Part shown: piece after piece, positions 1-48,500 of the stretch
Layout: the number at the start of each line of letters is the position of its first letter
Numbering within the stretch: position 1 is the stretch's first letter
NCBI GenBank assembly: GCA_965203295.1
Contig: CBDBCZ010000013.1
Location: forward strand, 96,001 to 160,000
DNA: 64,000 nucleotides
Reading direction: 5' to 3'
Origin: Nitrospirales bacterium
GTDB lineage: Bacteria; Nitrospirota; Nitrospiria; Nitrospirales; UBA8639
Made by a program: the position numbers and the translations under genes
Notes under the pieces: generated by a model
What the model was told of the DNA's origin: nothing
Database searches by the model: none
Seen by the model: only the letters and a program-made list of their open reading frames with translations

Positions 1-33803
<33,803 letters not shown>

Positions 33804-36553
33804 GACTTTGCGTCCTGTAACGAACTTCAGCACATTGTAATCACAATTACATGAAATAAAATCAATTCAATAATTGCAAACGAAGTGATGAACGAGATTC
33901 AGAGGCGGTATTTTAGTCATAGCTTTTGTTCATGGGGCGAGCCCTATCGCGTAATAGCGTATGAATACTGGTCAGTTCTGCTCCTTATCTGCATTGGATC
34001 TCTGATAAATAAAAAAATAGACCGCACACACGCACAATCCCTATATTAGGTTATGTTTACATGCATGCAGTAGCACAATGAATATTGACACAAGTGCAGT
34101 CTAAGGATAGCTATTAATATGAATAATAATTATATTGGCTAAGTTCATATATTGCATTCAGGATAATATTTATGCAATTATAACAAAGATTAGCTAAATT
34201 CTTGATTTGTGCAATAATTATTAATGGCCAAGACCTCACTGTGGTTGAAGGCTATTCAGAAATATAGCTAATTAATTATAAGGAATGTGATGCCGAGCAT
34301 ATCAACAGAGCTATTGGCTTCAATTTTGACATAGTAATCAGGGTAATTTCCCTGATGTCCTGATAATATAATTGCACGCTTTTAAGTGTATAAAATTATT
34401 GTGGGCCTTTTTCAGTGAGAATACTGGGTAGCTAGTTCCTCATTTTAACGTTTCATATATAAAACGTTATAGTAAAGTCAATATCAACTTGAATACTCTG
34501 TGTTCCATGCAGCATGGATGGGCAAGGGTGGGACACTGTTGATAAGCTCGGTAGCATGCAGTCCCATGCAGCTCTTAGAACACATGCGTATATAGTGATG
34601 TCAATAAGAGCAACAGCTCATGCATGAGCTGTTGCTCTTTGCCAGGTTTTCAGCAACACAGACTCTTCCTGGATTTGAGTACTATGTTTAGGATAGTACA
34701 CTGACTATTTCATTTTCCAAGTGATGTCTTTGTATAATAAGGTGTGAACAAAAACACTCGCTCATCAAATTATCAATATACATTTGTTCTTTTGCCGTAC
34801 ATGCTCTTATTTTACCTCATTTGTGCTTCATGGTATTTGTTCTTGGAAGTCCTTACCCTCTTCTATATTGCAGGGCACGAGACTAAACCACTCTGCCATG
34901 CCAGTATCTTCCTGTCCGACAGTCCAACTAGGAATTTAGAGTCAAAACAAGTGTCCTTACTCAAAAATTGAGATTTAAACTTCAGTGTTAAAGGGTTAAT
35001 AATTAAAATATGCTTCTAAGAATTATTTTGCTCATCATACTACGCTCATGCACTTAATTATGGATACGTATACCCTTCATGAATGTGACGGCTAGCGCAG
35101 TTTATCAAAAAATTATACTTGTGACTGTTACAGCTTTACTGACAAAACATGGAGAACAACGTGTGTCAGATAGCAATCAAACTGGGTTCATTTTCTGGAT
35201 TATGCAATAATGACATCATACTGATGAAGACAGTCTATATACTCGGTATCGAGTCTCAGTAGTCTCACATGAACAGGTGGCACTAAACATGGGATATTTT
35301 CCTGCAGTTGCATGAGAGGGGGTTCTCCAGTGCTCAGTTTTAGAGGTTTACTTCTATCATACTGCTGTACAACAGGTGGGACTAAGCTCTTATCAAGTAT
35401 CTGACTCTCTTTTCGCATATCATAATATTATATAGCTGCTTACAAGTGCTGTACTTTCTCCGCACTTATGCTCTTAAAAGCTCTTCATTATGCCAGCATA
35501 ATATGCTTCCACCTACCCTACTATGCTACGAACTATGATTATGCCAGCATGACTCACCAAGGCTTACTGCTGAATCGATGATGATGATTACTGGAGTTCC
35601 TCACTGACTTTTCCACCAACATTATTTGACTGCAGAACTGAATCCATAATAAGTCATTGCTATACTATCCCACAATGGTGGCAAGAAAGACGGTAACACC
35701 TAAATAAATTGCCCACCCTATATAGCTATATATATGCTAGTCTTGTGCCCTACTAGCTCTGTAGCCAGGCTTTCTCATGCATGCAGCGAGCGATATCAAG
35801 AGGTACTTAAAAAAAAAAACAAAAAAAAAACACTCCAATTGATGAGATGCTTACATGCATGATTGTTGAAGTGGCTATTGGTTTGGTAGTCCATATCTGT
35901 TAGGGTTAGCTAATTATAAAGTTGGTAGGGTCACGTTAGGGTTAGGGCTGGGGTAGGCCCTAGAGGCCACGAAATCAGCAGGTTTAAAGCTATATAGCTT
36001 GTATTGCATCAGCATGGAGATACTATAGTATACCACAGTGAGCATGCATAATTTTTTTTTATAATAGAGGTATGTTTCCTATGAAGTCACATCACTCGAT
36101 TGAAAGTTTAGATACATATATAGTATAAAATATAAGCATATCAATAGATAAATATCTTCTATGAGTGTAAAATTTGAAGGTGCATGGTCAAAATAAAAAG
36201 TGGTCACAATAAAAAGTGGTTTGTATAAAAAAAGCATAGCAACTAGTTGACTACAAAACAAAAAAAGTCTCATGAGCAGTACCTAAATGCATCACTGACC
36301 ATATTACGCAAAAAACAAATTATATTAAGTTAAACTTTGGTACTGATAGAAACATCTTCGTTCTTGTACATAGTGTCCATCGTCTTCAATGTTATTGGTG
36401 CGCCCGTGTTACTATGGTGCAAAGTACAAGTGGCATTGTGATTTATACAGAAATTGATGAATGGAAGAGATGCTAAGTACGCACATTGCACAACAGCAGT
36501 GTACCATAGCAGTGATAATATTACCCAAGTATAAACGTTTTTGGGTGTATAAA

Positions 36554-36572
36554 TCAAAATACAAAGTTTGGC
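36554..36572 (-). CDS. Putative terminal coding exon of gene A (…R-P-N-F-V-F-stop)
   Basis: Pyrimidine-rich acceptor ctgtgacccctccttcag|G CCA AAC TTT GTA TTT TGA, phase-compatible with the TM exon. Too short to be certain. Confidence 0.35.
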
Positions 36573-39500
36573 CTGAAGGAGGGGTCACAGAAGGACATAT
36601 ATCTTACATCATGTGATACCTGGGTGAAAACTAAAAAAAATTATGTAGGGTTTGTCTATTTTCAGTTTCTGTGTGGGGATATGGTCAGAAACCCATGTGA
36701 TTCACGAACATTCCAACAGCTTTTAAATTAGTGGCCGAGCAGTCATGTTTTGGACTGGAGAGCTGGCATTCCCAGATTCTAATCCCTCATGTGCCCTTAC
36801 ACTTTTTCCTAGCTCTTTTTAAGTTCTATTGTTGCTTATTTATCACAAAGTGAGGTAATAAATGAATGTTTCAAGAATAGTCAACATTCTTGTGACAGGC
36901 TGGCTAGTAAAACCACCGCAGTATTGCTAATGCAGGCCCTGGATGAGATTCCTTATATCAGTATTATTTTGTATACCACAATACACTCGCAGCTCTGCTC
37001 ACCCAATATACTTGGGTAGTGGTTAGGCCTAGTTTTATATAGTGATATTATGTCTACTACCCAGTCATCATGCAGTGTCCCCTATAATAATTACCCAATA
37101 TATGGTATCCATGTTCCAGTCATTTAATATAATATGGATGCTTAAGAGTCAAATGAATTTAAAAAATGTGACTTCTTTTTACTAGCCAGAGCGCGCAAAT
37201 GGCTGGTCCTAAGATTGCTTTATGTTTTCTTTGTCTGTTTGTGCATCTGCACTTATCACACTTATCGCAGTTTGGAGATTTGTATACGAAGCTACAGCAA
37301 ATGAAGGTAGTTGTGTGTCGCCTATATATGGATGGTGAAAACTTGGTAGGAAGCTGTAAAAATCCTGCTTTGTAACAGTCAGCACTTTCGCTGTACTGCG
37401 TTTGATTGCTTTAATAACTTTCTCTGCAGAATGCCTATTATAGCATAGTTATACTACAATCTGTAGTTCCATAGCTGCAGTTAACTTGGCCTCAGCTGAG
37501 TTGTGTGTATTGTACGCGAAAGGTTCCCGGCTGTTTTTTAAAGACATGAACTGTCAAACTTGTTGATGATTAATGGCATACCCAAACAACACAAAAAGGA
37601 CACTGGGAGAACGAGACAAGTATGATATAGAAATTACTACTCAGTTATACAGACTGTAGCTTTAGAACTATATATGTTGTACACATACCGTGGTTTCCAA
37701 TCTTTTCTGGATTTTCTGAAGTAACCACAGAAGATAAATATAGCTAAACAGCAGACTACTAGGAGCAATAGTATTACAGCAAATGTACTGCCAATGATGA
37801 TCCCTGTAGGTACATAGAGATAAAAAAGATTATTTTTGCAATGGTACATCCAATAGCAATTGCAATGTGGTTTATAGGCTTTTTGGATGTTACTGTACTA
37901 AGCATCAATTGTGTATGAAAGTGGTTTGAATTAGCAGATGTTACTGTGGATACCAACACATTAGTTGCTCAACAGTTTACAGGCTTTTGCGGGGCATGTA
38001 AGTAAAATGTGTATCAAAATTAGTTGTTAGCTGTAAACTTTTACTGGGTGTGTAAGTTGAAATAAGAATGTTAATACTTATTAATAACTGCATGTACACA
38101 CAAGTCATGATTCATAGCACCCGCATATCTCTACCACTGTACATTCACTCAAAAGTCAGTTTACCTACCGTACCTTACAGCAACTATTCAAGGTATTAAA
38201 CAACAAAAAGCTTCCAAGAAGTGTGTGATGATTCTTAACCATAAACTTTTCCTGCTGGATCTACTTACCAATTTCACCACCATCTCTAGGCTCTGTGGGG
38301 GAAGGAATTGCCACACATATTATATTTTCCAGAGATACTATGTAGCCTTCTTCACAGACACTGCAGACACCTGGGATTCCCTCACACTCCGCACAGTTGT
38401 CTATGCCACAGACTCCGCATGTCGTTCCAATCCAATTCTGGGCACACATGCATGTGAATGTGTTCACACCATCTGTACAATTACCACCATTCTGACACGG
38501 ATTAGGATCACAGTCATCAATGTTCTCGTCGCATAGTTCTCCAGTGAACCCTGCTTCACATGCACATTGGAAACCACCATCTGTATTGTTACATGTGCCA
38601 TTCACACAAGGGTTAGTGGTAGCACACTCATCAATATCCATGTTGCACAAATCTCCCTCGTACCCAACAGTGCAATTACACGCAAAACTACCATCATTAT
38701 TTTCACACGATGCTCCATTTTGACAGGGATTGTTTACAATACATTCATCAATATCTGTCTCACATAAGTTCCCTTCAAACCCAACAGTGCAATTACACGC
38801 AAAACTACCATCGTTATTTACACATGTTGCTCCATTTTGACATGGATCGATCACGATACATTCATCAATGTCAGTATTACAAAGGTTTCCTTCGAACCCA
38901 GCAGTACAATTGCATGTGAAACTACCATCGTTGTTGACACATGTTGCTCCATTTTGGCACAGATCATTCACAGTACATTCATCAACATCTGCATCACAAT
39001 TGTTCCCTTCGAACCCAGCAGTGCAATTGCAAGTATAACTACCATTGTTGTTAACGCATGTTGCTTCATTTTGACATGGATCATTCACAATACATTCATC
39101 AATATCTGTCTCACATAAGTTCCCTGTGTACCCAGCAGTACAGTTGCATGTGAAACTGCCGTCATTGACAACACACGTCCCTTCATTCTGGCAGTCAATG
39201 GGGCACCCTATATCTGTTGAAAGGAATTATAGCAACAAGTAATTTTCAGTATACAACACTGCCCCATAACACGGCTCATCTTCAGAAACTGTATCTACTT
39301 GGACATCTATCATGTCCTGATGTGCTTCTGTGAGGTAAAAATTGTTCCCGGGGTAGAAGTCTAGGCCAATCTAACAGATGACTGCAAGCTGTTACAGAAG
39401 TATTGAGTTCAATATTACTGCCCAAGTATTTTCCAGTATTATCTTAGATGTTCTATAGCATATGTGTATGGTTAAATATAGGACAAAGGCATGTACGGCA

Positions 39501-42500
39501 GTATCTAGTGCTACAGGAATGAATGACTGCCTGGTCCCTCCAGTATCAGATAAGTACATACCATCTTTATTCTATTATTACGCATGCTAACAAATCAATT
39601 TCAGTTTAGTTCACTAAATAGCTCTTCTGAGTCTTCTGGGTCTTGCTGCTGCTGTTGCTGATCAAACATCTTGTAAAACCTTGAGCCACCTCTCGCCTCT
39701 TAGAAGAAAGGCACCACAACCCTAAAAAATTCCCTAAACCACTCCTTTACAACACATGATCTAATCTAGCACAAGAAATTTCATTCCAGAAATTTTCTAA
39801 TTATCGCAAAGACTCAGACCCTTTCGTGGACATAGCTGATTAACGGTTGTTTTGGCTAATAGTTTATAAGCAATATTTCCTGGAGTTGTAAAGCTCTTGC
39901 GTTAGAGTGGATTAAGCCTAAAATAGTTAGTGATGGACTTGCACTAGGTTAGATTCATAATAAATTCCCAATTTCTTCTGTTAATTGGATCTTGCACAAA
40001 AAAAGACTGTATATATATGTGTGACCTATATAGGTTACTTAAAGGGGAATGATTATTATAGGTGAGTACGTAGTTTTCTTGTGACACTGAAACTTGAACG
40101 ACACTTCTTGCCAGAGGCTATCTTGGACTTGTACATATACCCAGAGCCATCATGTAGCCTCTTTCACAGTCAGATATCTATTATGTTATAGCTAACTATG
40201 GTTTGTGTAAAACTTGCATCTTTAACCAGCAGATGCAAGCAGACAGCGCAGTTGTGAGCAGGCTCTGTTTACTAAATTATATAAATGTGTGGTGGCAGGC
40301 AGTCTGCACATGCACTATCCTAGACATCAAATGGTGTGCAAAAAGCAAGCATCCATTCGAGAGGGCTAGTGAATACCCCATAGTTAACACTGCTTCTTTG
40401 TGTTTGAGTCATTGCATTTGCTTCAGTCGTGATCGTGCTAGCTAACGTCAATAAATAACACTAGGCAGATTATAGTTTAGTACACGTGGTACAAATCCAA
40501 GACTGCTTCTGACCAGAGGTGCCATTGAAAGTAAGACTCTAACCAGTGTCACAAGGGAAAGTTCGTCCAGTCACTCATCTGTAAGTACCCTATGCAAGTC
40601 CTTTTGGAATGCGTGATGCCGGAGCTAGGGGCCACGCAGACATTCATCAGTTAACGTGTGTAAGGGAACTGTATTTTTAACTCTACAATTGAATACAACA
40701 GTCTCAACTCTAGAGCAGGTAGAGCACCTTAGTTGTACAAATGTATAGTTATTGGCAAGCAACCAAGGGGTGAGTTGTGTGGCATAGCCTAGTCAACATT
40801 GGACCTGCAGAGATCCAATAATGTGACAGTCTTCTGCAAACTCCCAAGTTTGGTAACTTCAACCCAGACACATGACACAACAGTTAGAGATTATACCATA
40901 CTTAAATCATTCTGACTAATTAGCTTACAGTATTCAACGGGGTATAAGGGTTCATATATTTCGGGCGCTGTGCACGCGTACGTAATATGGGTACCTGGTT
41001 CCGTTCCATTCATTCAAATGTTGAGAAAGTTAGCTATGGTAGGCTGGTGGTTGGGGAGCCTAGGCAGTTTTTTTGTAGACTGTTGGAAAATTAATGCAGG
41101 AAAGCATGGTAAGCTATGTACTGCTCTCTGTTTGTGACTAATTTTGTTTGATTTCCGTGTACCTGTTCATGTGGTCACACAGACAGCCTACTAAGCAGTG
41201 AATGGGCTACTATATAGCAGTCCTATGTGCTTGCTACAGATTAAACGCCAATGTGTACTGTTATTTTAGTCACAAGACTAATGATTAACTCTTGACATGC
41301 ATTTGAAGCATAATTGCGACGTGTGTGAACAGATGCGCGAGTAATGCAGCTGTCGTGTATATGCGACGAGGTAGCCTAGGAGCGCTCTCCAAACACGTGC
41401 CTCGTCCGCGATATTTACGGAAAACAGCGAAGTAGTCTCACGGGCCAGCCCACTTCCACTTAGAGGGAAGGTGGTCTGGGGAGCTGCCATACTGGCATGC
41501 GTCATTTCGGAATTTAATTAGTTGCGCAACAGTCACATGTTAGCGTGGGATAATTACCATGTGGCTAGGCCTGAGCTAATTGCTCCTTCAAACTTCAAAT
41601 TCTTTATTCCTGATTTCCTTCCCTATTATTCAAGTGATCCTACCCAATTTTTCAAATGATTATGACCTGTTATTCAACTTGAAGGACGTTTTTGTTGGCG
41701 TTGTTCGATGCAAAACCTTACACACACATAAGTTAGTTGTGTCCCTCCCCAACGGGATGTAATACCTGCTATATCCCTCGTCAAAGACAGTGCTTTTGTG
41801 TAGCCGAGGAAGTGTCTCAGGCTGCGCCCTCGACACTTCCCCAGCTTCACTCAAGCACTGACCCTTTTCGCGGGACTTATATTCTACTGGCCAGGGATAT
41901 AGCCTATACTTATCTTGGCCACCCCTTCCATTCAAGGAAGCAGCTAACTTGCTAAAATGATAAACATACAAGAATGGTGTACACTTTCAGCATTGCTAGG
42001 CTTTCTTTATTAATTAAGTCATGTAGCTACATACATAAGATGCACCAAACAGTATACTAGGCTAATATAAAGGCTACCCCTTAAGTAATGTACGTATGCA
42101 CCTCCTTCCTGTCAGACATTAATAATGTTTCACACTTGGCAGTGTATGAAGTAGAGGTACAGATGTAATACAATCTTGGTGAGGGTGAGATTATAATTTC
42201 TGGACTTACGTACGATATGCACTTGCATGAATCAAGGTGCTAAAAATTGAACTAGGTACATTTGCCACTTATCTTGCATGGTCCACATGTAGCGCTGCAT
42301 AGATACAAGAATCAGCAGGCCTGTAGCAGGCCTTCCTTTACAAAACTATGTACTCAAAAAAACAAGTGGCTCTTAAAATATACTACTATGATTCATTCAT
42401 GCTTTGAAATGTAAAGAAAAGCTATGCTTTCTATTCAGTGTACTCACCTCTGCAAAATGGTGGTGCTGGTTGAAATTCTGCACTGTCCATATCCACTAGT

Positions 42501-45500
42501 GCACATGTTGTGGTTGCATTTCCAATCAACTCAAAGCCAAAATCACAGATGTAAGTAGCCATGTCACTGATAGAGGTGCCATTGAGTGTCACCATTCCGT
42601 TGTCAATAGCAACCGGATCGTCACAAAGTGCTACAGAGCAAGATTCATGGAAACAGCTAATGCCATGATGGAAGTTACCTCTGTGTGTGTAAGAGCTGAT
42701 TTGTTTGCGAATGAGCTCAGTCATTGTAAACCTCTGAGATTCATCTCATACACATACACATATTATGCAGATAAATATTCTTTAGAAGAAAATACATGCA
42801 TTGACCTTTGCAACCATAAATAGTTTATAGTTAGTTACATTATTCATTCACTGCACTCACGCCTGCAAAATGGTGGTGCTGGTTCAAGCTCTGCACTGCC
42901 CATATCCACTTGTGAACATGATGTAGCTGCATCTCCAACCAGCTCAAAACCCGCATCACAGGTGTAAGTAGATATGAGTGTCACCTTGCCATTGTCAAGG
43001 TAAACTGGATCATTACACGGTACTGGCGCTGCAGAGCGAGATTCATGCAAAATTAATACCATAAAGTACAATATCCGCCCACCCTCTCTTCGAGCAAAAT
43101 TTAATTGGGAGGGTATTTATATATGCAGTGTTACCTTTAAATTTGATCTTTTAGAAGGAATTACCTATATTTGTGTGCAGTATCTGATTAGTCTGTGTAT
43201 TCGAGACATTTATCCCATACCCATACATGTTACCACATAAATGAAGAGGTAGACCATTTCTACAAAATGCCTGCTACTACAATTGACACATGCAACCAAA
43301 AATGGCATGTAGTCATTAAAAGAATGAGTGTGCTCACGTCTGCAAGATGGTGGTGCTGGTTGAAATTCTGCTGTGTTCATATCCATCAGAGTACATGTTG
43401 GGGTTGCGTATCCGAACAGCTCAAAGCCCGAATCACAGGTGTATGTAGCCATGTCACCAACAGAATTGCCATTGAATGTCACCGTGCCATTGCCAATGTG
43501 AACGGGATCGTCACACAGTGCTGCAAAGCAAGAATCAAGTGTATAATGCAAAGATGCACTTGCGTGCTGGAGCTGATTGTTTTGGGAGCAATCTTAGCAG
43601 CTGAAAAGCTCATAGGTTTATCCCATGCACATAAATGCATACAAAATATTTACTGGTGGTTCCTTAGTACACAAGTCTGACATTTTATGTCTAAAAAACC
43701 AGCCGGATGCCTTTCTCGTATAATACACACAACTCGGCTTAGAACGCGGTACAGTGAAAGTGCTGACTCAACAGTTTTGTCATGCGCCTACAGTTAGTAG
43801 CTATATGCCACGAAACCAGGATCTTACGGCTACCTACCACGTTTCCGCTATCTAGGCAACACAAAACTACCTTCATTTGCTGTAGCTTGGCCTACAAACC
43901 TCCAAAAGCTGCTATACACTGCAGTTGCAAAGTAACGTATGACGTAATATATTGCGTACGTGATAAGTGCGAACGCACAAACAGACAAAAACAATGTACA
44001 AACAAACAAACAAACAAACAGACACGGAAAACGTAAAGCAATCTTAGAACCAGCCGTTCGCGCGCTCCAGCTGGTTAAATAGAAGCTACTGTGATTGACA
44101 CATGTAACTATGTAGCCACTCTAGGGAGTGTATAATTCATATGTATTCATTCACTGCACTTACGCCTGCAAGATGGCAGTGCTGGTTGAAATTCTGTACT
44201 GTTCATATCCACCAGTGTGCATGTTGTGGTTGCATCTCCGATCAACTCAAAGCCCGAATCACAGGTGTAAGTAGCCATGTTAGACACCTTCCCATTGTCA
44301 AGGTGAACTGGATCATCACACTGTGTGAGCACTGCATAGCAGCATTCATGCAAATGAATGCCAACAAGTAACCTACGTAAAATTGGTCTGGAAACAAGCT
44401 TACAAGTTGTAAACCTCAGAAATTCATATAATACCCATACATGTACATAAATTGCACTAGTGACTCTTTTGTACAAAACACATGCAATTGATAGTGGGAC
44501 CTACGAAAGTTTATGGTTATGTTTTTATTCAGTGTACTCACGCCTGCAAGATGGTGGTGCTGGTTGAAATTCTGCACTGTTCATATTCAATAGTGTACAT
44601 GTAACTGTTGTATCTCCAATGGGTTCAAAGCCCAAATCACAGGTGTAAGTTGCCATGTCACCAGGCAGAATGCCATTAATTGTCACCGTGCCATTGTCAA
44701 TGTCAACTGGATCATCACACAAAGCTAGCGCTGCAGAACAAGTACACGCAAATAATGCCAAGATAGAGCCCATATATATATATCTGCATTTGTGTGCAGG
44801 ATTTAGGAACTAGCTTAGTAGTCATATACTTCAGAGATTCATCTTATACCCATATGTATACGTCTATGCATGCGCATAAATACCCTGGCAGCTGCCTGAA
44901 TGTATACATACCTAATGGGAAATACATTCAGTGTACTCACGACTGCAAGTTGGTGGTGTAGGTTGAAATTCTGCTGTGTCCATATCCACCAGTGCACATG
45001 TTGTGGTTGTACATCCGGTCAGCTTAAAGCCAAAATCACAGATGTAAGTAGCTATGTCACCCACGGAGTTGCCATTGACTGTCATAGTGCCTCTGTCAAT
45101 GTCAACTGGATCATCACACAGTGCTGCATAAAAAGAAAATTTATGCAAATTCTGCCATGATGAAACCTGCCTGCATTTATTTTTGTGCAGGAGCTGATAG
45201 GTCAGGTAATGCGGTTTACACCTACTATGCTCATTCTTAGACCAATCAGCTCCTGCACAGTGTGTGTTTGTTGTCACCATAACAGATAGTGCTGTAGATT
45301 TATAGCATATAAAGACCTCACTAATGTACATAATGTTTCTCCCCCAGCCCCCCCCCCTCCAAAAAAACAGAAAAGAAACAACAATAACAGAAAGTGTGCA
45401 CTCTAGAATAGCATAAAAAGACCACTTCACCAGTGGTCACGAAGTATAAGCAAATGCAGGTCAGATTTTTGCACAGCCATGGAAAAAATTCTCAGCGATT

Positions 45501-48500
45501 TTTCCATGGTGGCAAAAATTTTTTTGCAAAAGGCTTGGGTTCAAGGATAGTGCTCATGCTGATTATTATGTGTTAGATGCATGAGGTGCATTGTTGATGT
45601 AATCATTTTAGCTAGCCTCGAGGCAGGATTTAAAGAATCACTGCTGTAACACTCTGATGAAGGTACTGAAGTAGTAGCTGTAGCTGTAAAATAGTTGACA
45701 AATAGAAAATAGAGTGCTAAATGAGGCTAGTGAGCATTAGTAGCAAGGACAGGCTGGCTAGTCTTAATATTAGGACACTATCAAGTCAGAGAACACCTAC
45801 AGTGGCCGAATCACACTGAGGAATGCTCTCAACAGGATCACAACACACTTAGATGAACAGCTCATTACCTTACAGCTTATTCTCGCAAGTTACAGCCATG
45901 CAAGGCAATTCTGACGGTTGTATACGCTTTTTAATAAAAAGCACTATTGACTTGGGCACACCACAATTGCCTAGTACACCCATGCAGAAGTGTGAACTTT
46001 CAACTCAAAGTTTGGGGGTAGAGAAGTTTCTGGCCCTTTTCCCCCGGATCTTTTCGATTCACTTTTGTTTGCATTTCAAACCACTTGTACCAAGTAGTTA
46101 AAAACGTATTGCACGTGCGCATTATACCAGGTAAGTAATCAAAAAGTGTAATTATGATACAAACACAGCAGCAGGTGCGGTTTATGGCTGTGTAGCGAAA
46201 GACGGGGTATGACTTGGATAAACTCTCTGCAAAACTGAAACAGAGAACTCCCCAGCTTCCATTTGATGTCAGATTCAAGCATGACTGACAGAAGGACAAG
46301 TGCCTTACTTCTGATTCTCGACACCGAATGATTCTCAACACCAAATGATAATTAATTATCACCACTCTATGAAAGTTGATTATTTGGTAATCTGTGAATT
46401 TTTTATGATTTTATCGCATGAACTGCATGGGGAAGGCCCTGAAAATAGTACTAAAATGAAAGAATAAGTTTGTTGCAATGTTACCAACCACAGTAGGCTG
46501 GAGCTTCCCTTTCCGGCATAATCTCAATGACGTGTAAACATGACTATGGTAATATACATGATGTGTGCAGATGTCTATGGGGAAAGCAACGTGTGGTATA
46601 CGTTTGGAGGTTCTTAGAGACCTTGCACAAGACTGAAAATGGTAGAAAAGTGGAGTAGGCAAAAACTGTCATTGAAAACAAAGTAAAAGAATTTTGGAAA
46701 AGATCTATTGTGAAAAAGTCTATATTCTTTTGCTGCAGAGGCGATCAGAAGCACTCCTATAGTTTCTTGGGTAAGCCTTACTAGTGTTTCGTAATTCTCA
46801 GTCTCTGATTGGAATTTTCTGTATCTAAGACAGTCTGTAATCTATTGACTGGTTGTTCATTTGATTAAACTTGTGCTTGTTGATGCTGCACTGAAACCTC
46901 CCTGCTGGCAAGGTTTGCACCACTTTGTTGACAAATCCACTATTTCTGATAGGAATCTGCTTTTTAGTTGTATGGCCTTGACAAAGTTCTAGTTCACACT
47001 CATACTGGGTACCATCATGATCAGCGTAGTTTGAGCTGTCATGCTAAATGTGGCTTGTACATCGTTACCTTTTTTCCCGAGATACGAACACAGACACGAA
47101 GCTCCATTTTTGGGCCTTCTGCCCTGCTGGCACTACCGTAAAGCCTCATAAAAATATGTTAATACACAGATGCAATACCTTATTCTAGTTTTGGGATGTA
47201 AAGGTTGAAACGGTAACCAAACAAGGGTAGAAGCAAAATCGTAAAAAATTCACAGATTATTATCCCTACATCTGGCCAATCACACACAATTCTCAGAACA
47301 CTCACGGCTGCAAGATGGTGGTGCGGGTTGAAATTCTGCACTGTCTGCGTCCACTAGAGTACATGTCGAGGTTGCATTTCCGATCAGTTCAAAGCCCAAA
47401 TTGCAGGTATACGTAGCCATGTCACCAGGCTGGATGTCATTAAATGTCACCATGCCATTTCCAATGTCAACTGGAACATCACACAATGCTGCAGAACAAG
47501 ATTCATGTAAAGAGTGCCAAGGCAGTATACCAATATGCATTTATGAGAAGGAGATTATATACTTGATACAAATGCACTAACGGTTCACTTATAAGCTGCT
47601 ATAACTGACACATTCAACCTAAAAAGGCACGTAGCAATTTCAGGAAGCCTACAGTTATATGTACTTTTTGCTATACTCACGGCTGCAAGCTGGTGGTGTC
47701 GGTTGAAATTCTGCTCTGTCCATATCCACCAATGCACATGTTGTGGTTACATTTCCGATCAGTTCAAAGCTCACATTACAGGTGTAAGTAGCCACATCAC
47801 CGATGGAATTGCCGCTGAATGTGACCATGCCATTGTTAATGACAACTGGATCATCACACAATGCTGCAGAACAAGATTTACAAAAACAATACCATTACGT
47901 AGCCTACTAGTGGTCGGTGTGAAAAAGCTTGTAGTTTATAAGCCCAGAGTTCCTTCACGCACTATTGCCTGCATATAAAATATTGGACTGATGACCCAAA
48001 CTCATACTACCACATACAATCCAAAGTAATAGGTAGGCGTTTACTATGATTATCATTCCATGCACTCACGGCTGCAAGACGGCGGTGCAGGTTGAAATTC
48101 TGCACTGTCCATACCCACTAGAGTACATGTCGTGGTGGCATTTCCGATCAGTTCAAAGCCCAAATTACAGGTGTAAGTAGCCATGTCACCAGGCAGAATG
48201 CCATTAATTGTCACTGTGCCATTGTCAATGTCAACTGGAACGTCACACAATGCCAGTGCTGCAGAACAAAATTCATGTAAAGAGTGCCGAAACAAAATCT
48301 ATCAGCAATTATTAGAAAGTGACGACAGTAGATGCACTAATGGTTCCTTATAAACTGCTGTGATTGACATATTCATCCCAAAAAGGCATGCAGCAATTTT
48401 AGGACGACTGCAGTTACATATGCTTTTTTGCTATACTCACGCCTGCAAGATGGTGGAATCGGTTGAAATTCTGCACTGCCCATATCCACCAGTGCACATG

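Noticed and set aside
35900..35956. TTAGGG-like motifs (also ~32815-32850 and ~32948-32965)
   Set aside because: Only a few degenerate units; not a telomeric array.
41580..41971. 103-aa minus-strand ORF between the sushi array and the EGF exon
   Set aside because: No recognisable domain or convincing splice sites; possibly a transposase relic.
45270..47270. 2-kb interruption of array A with several short ORFs
   Set aside because: No recognisable domain or consistent frame; probably mixed decayed repeats.
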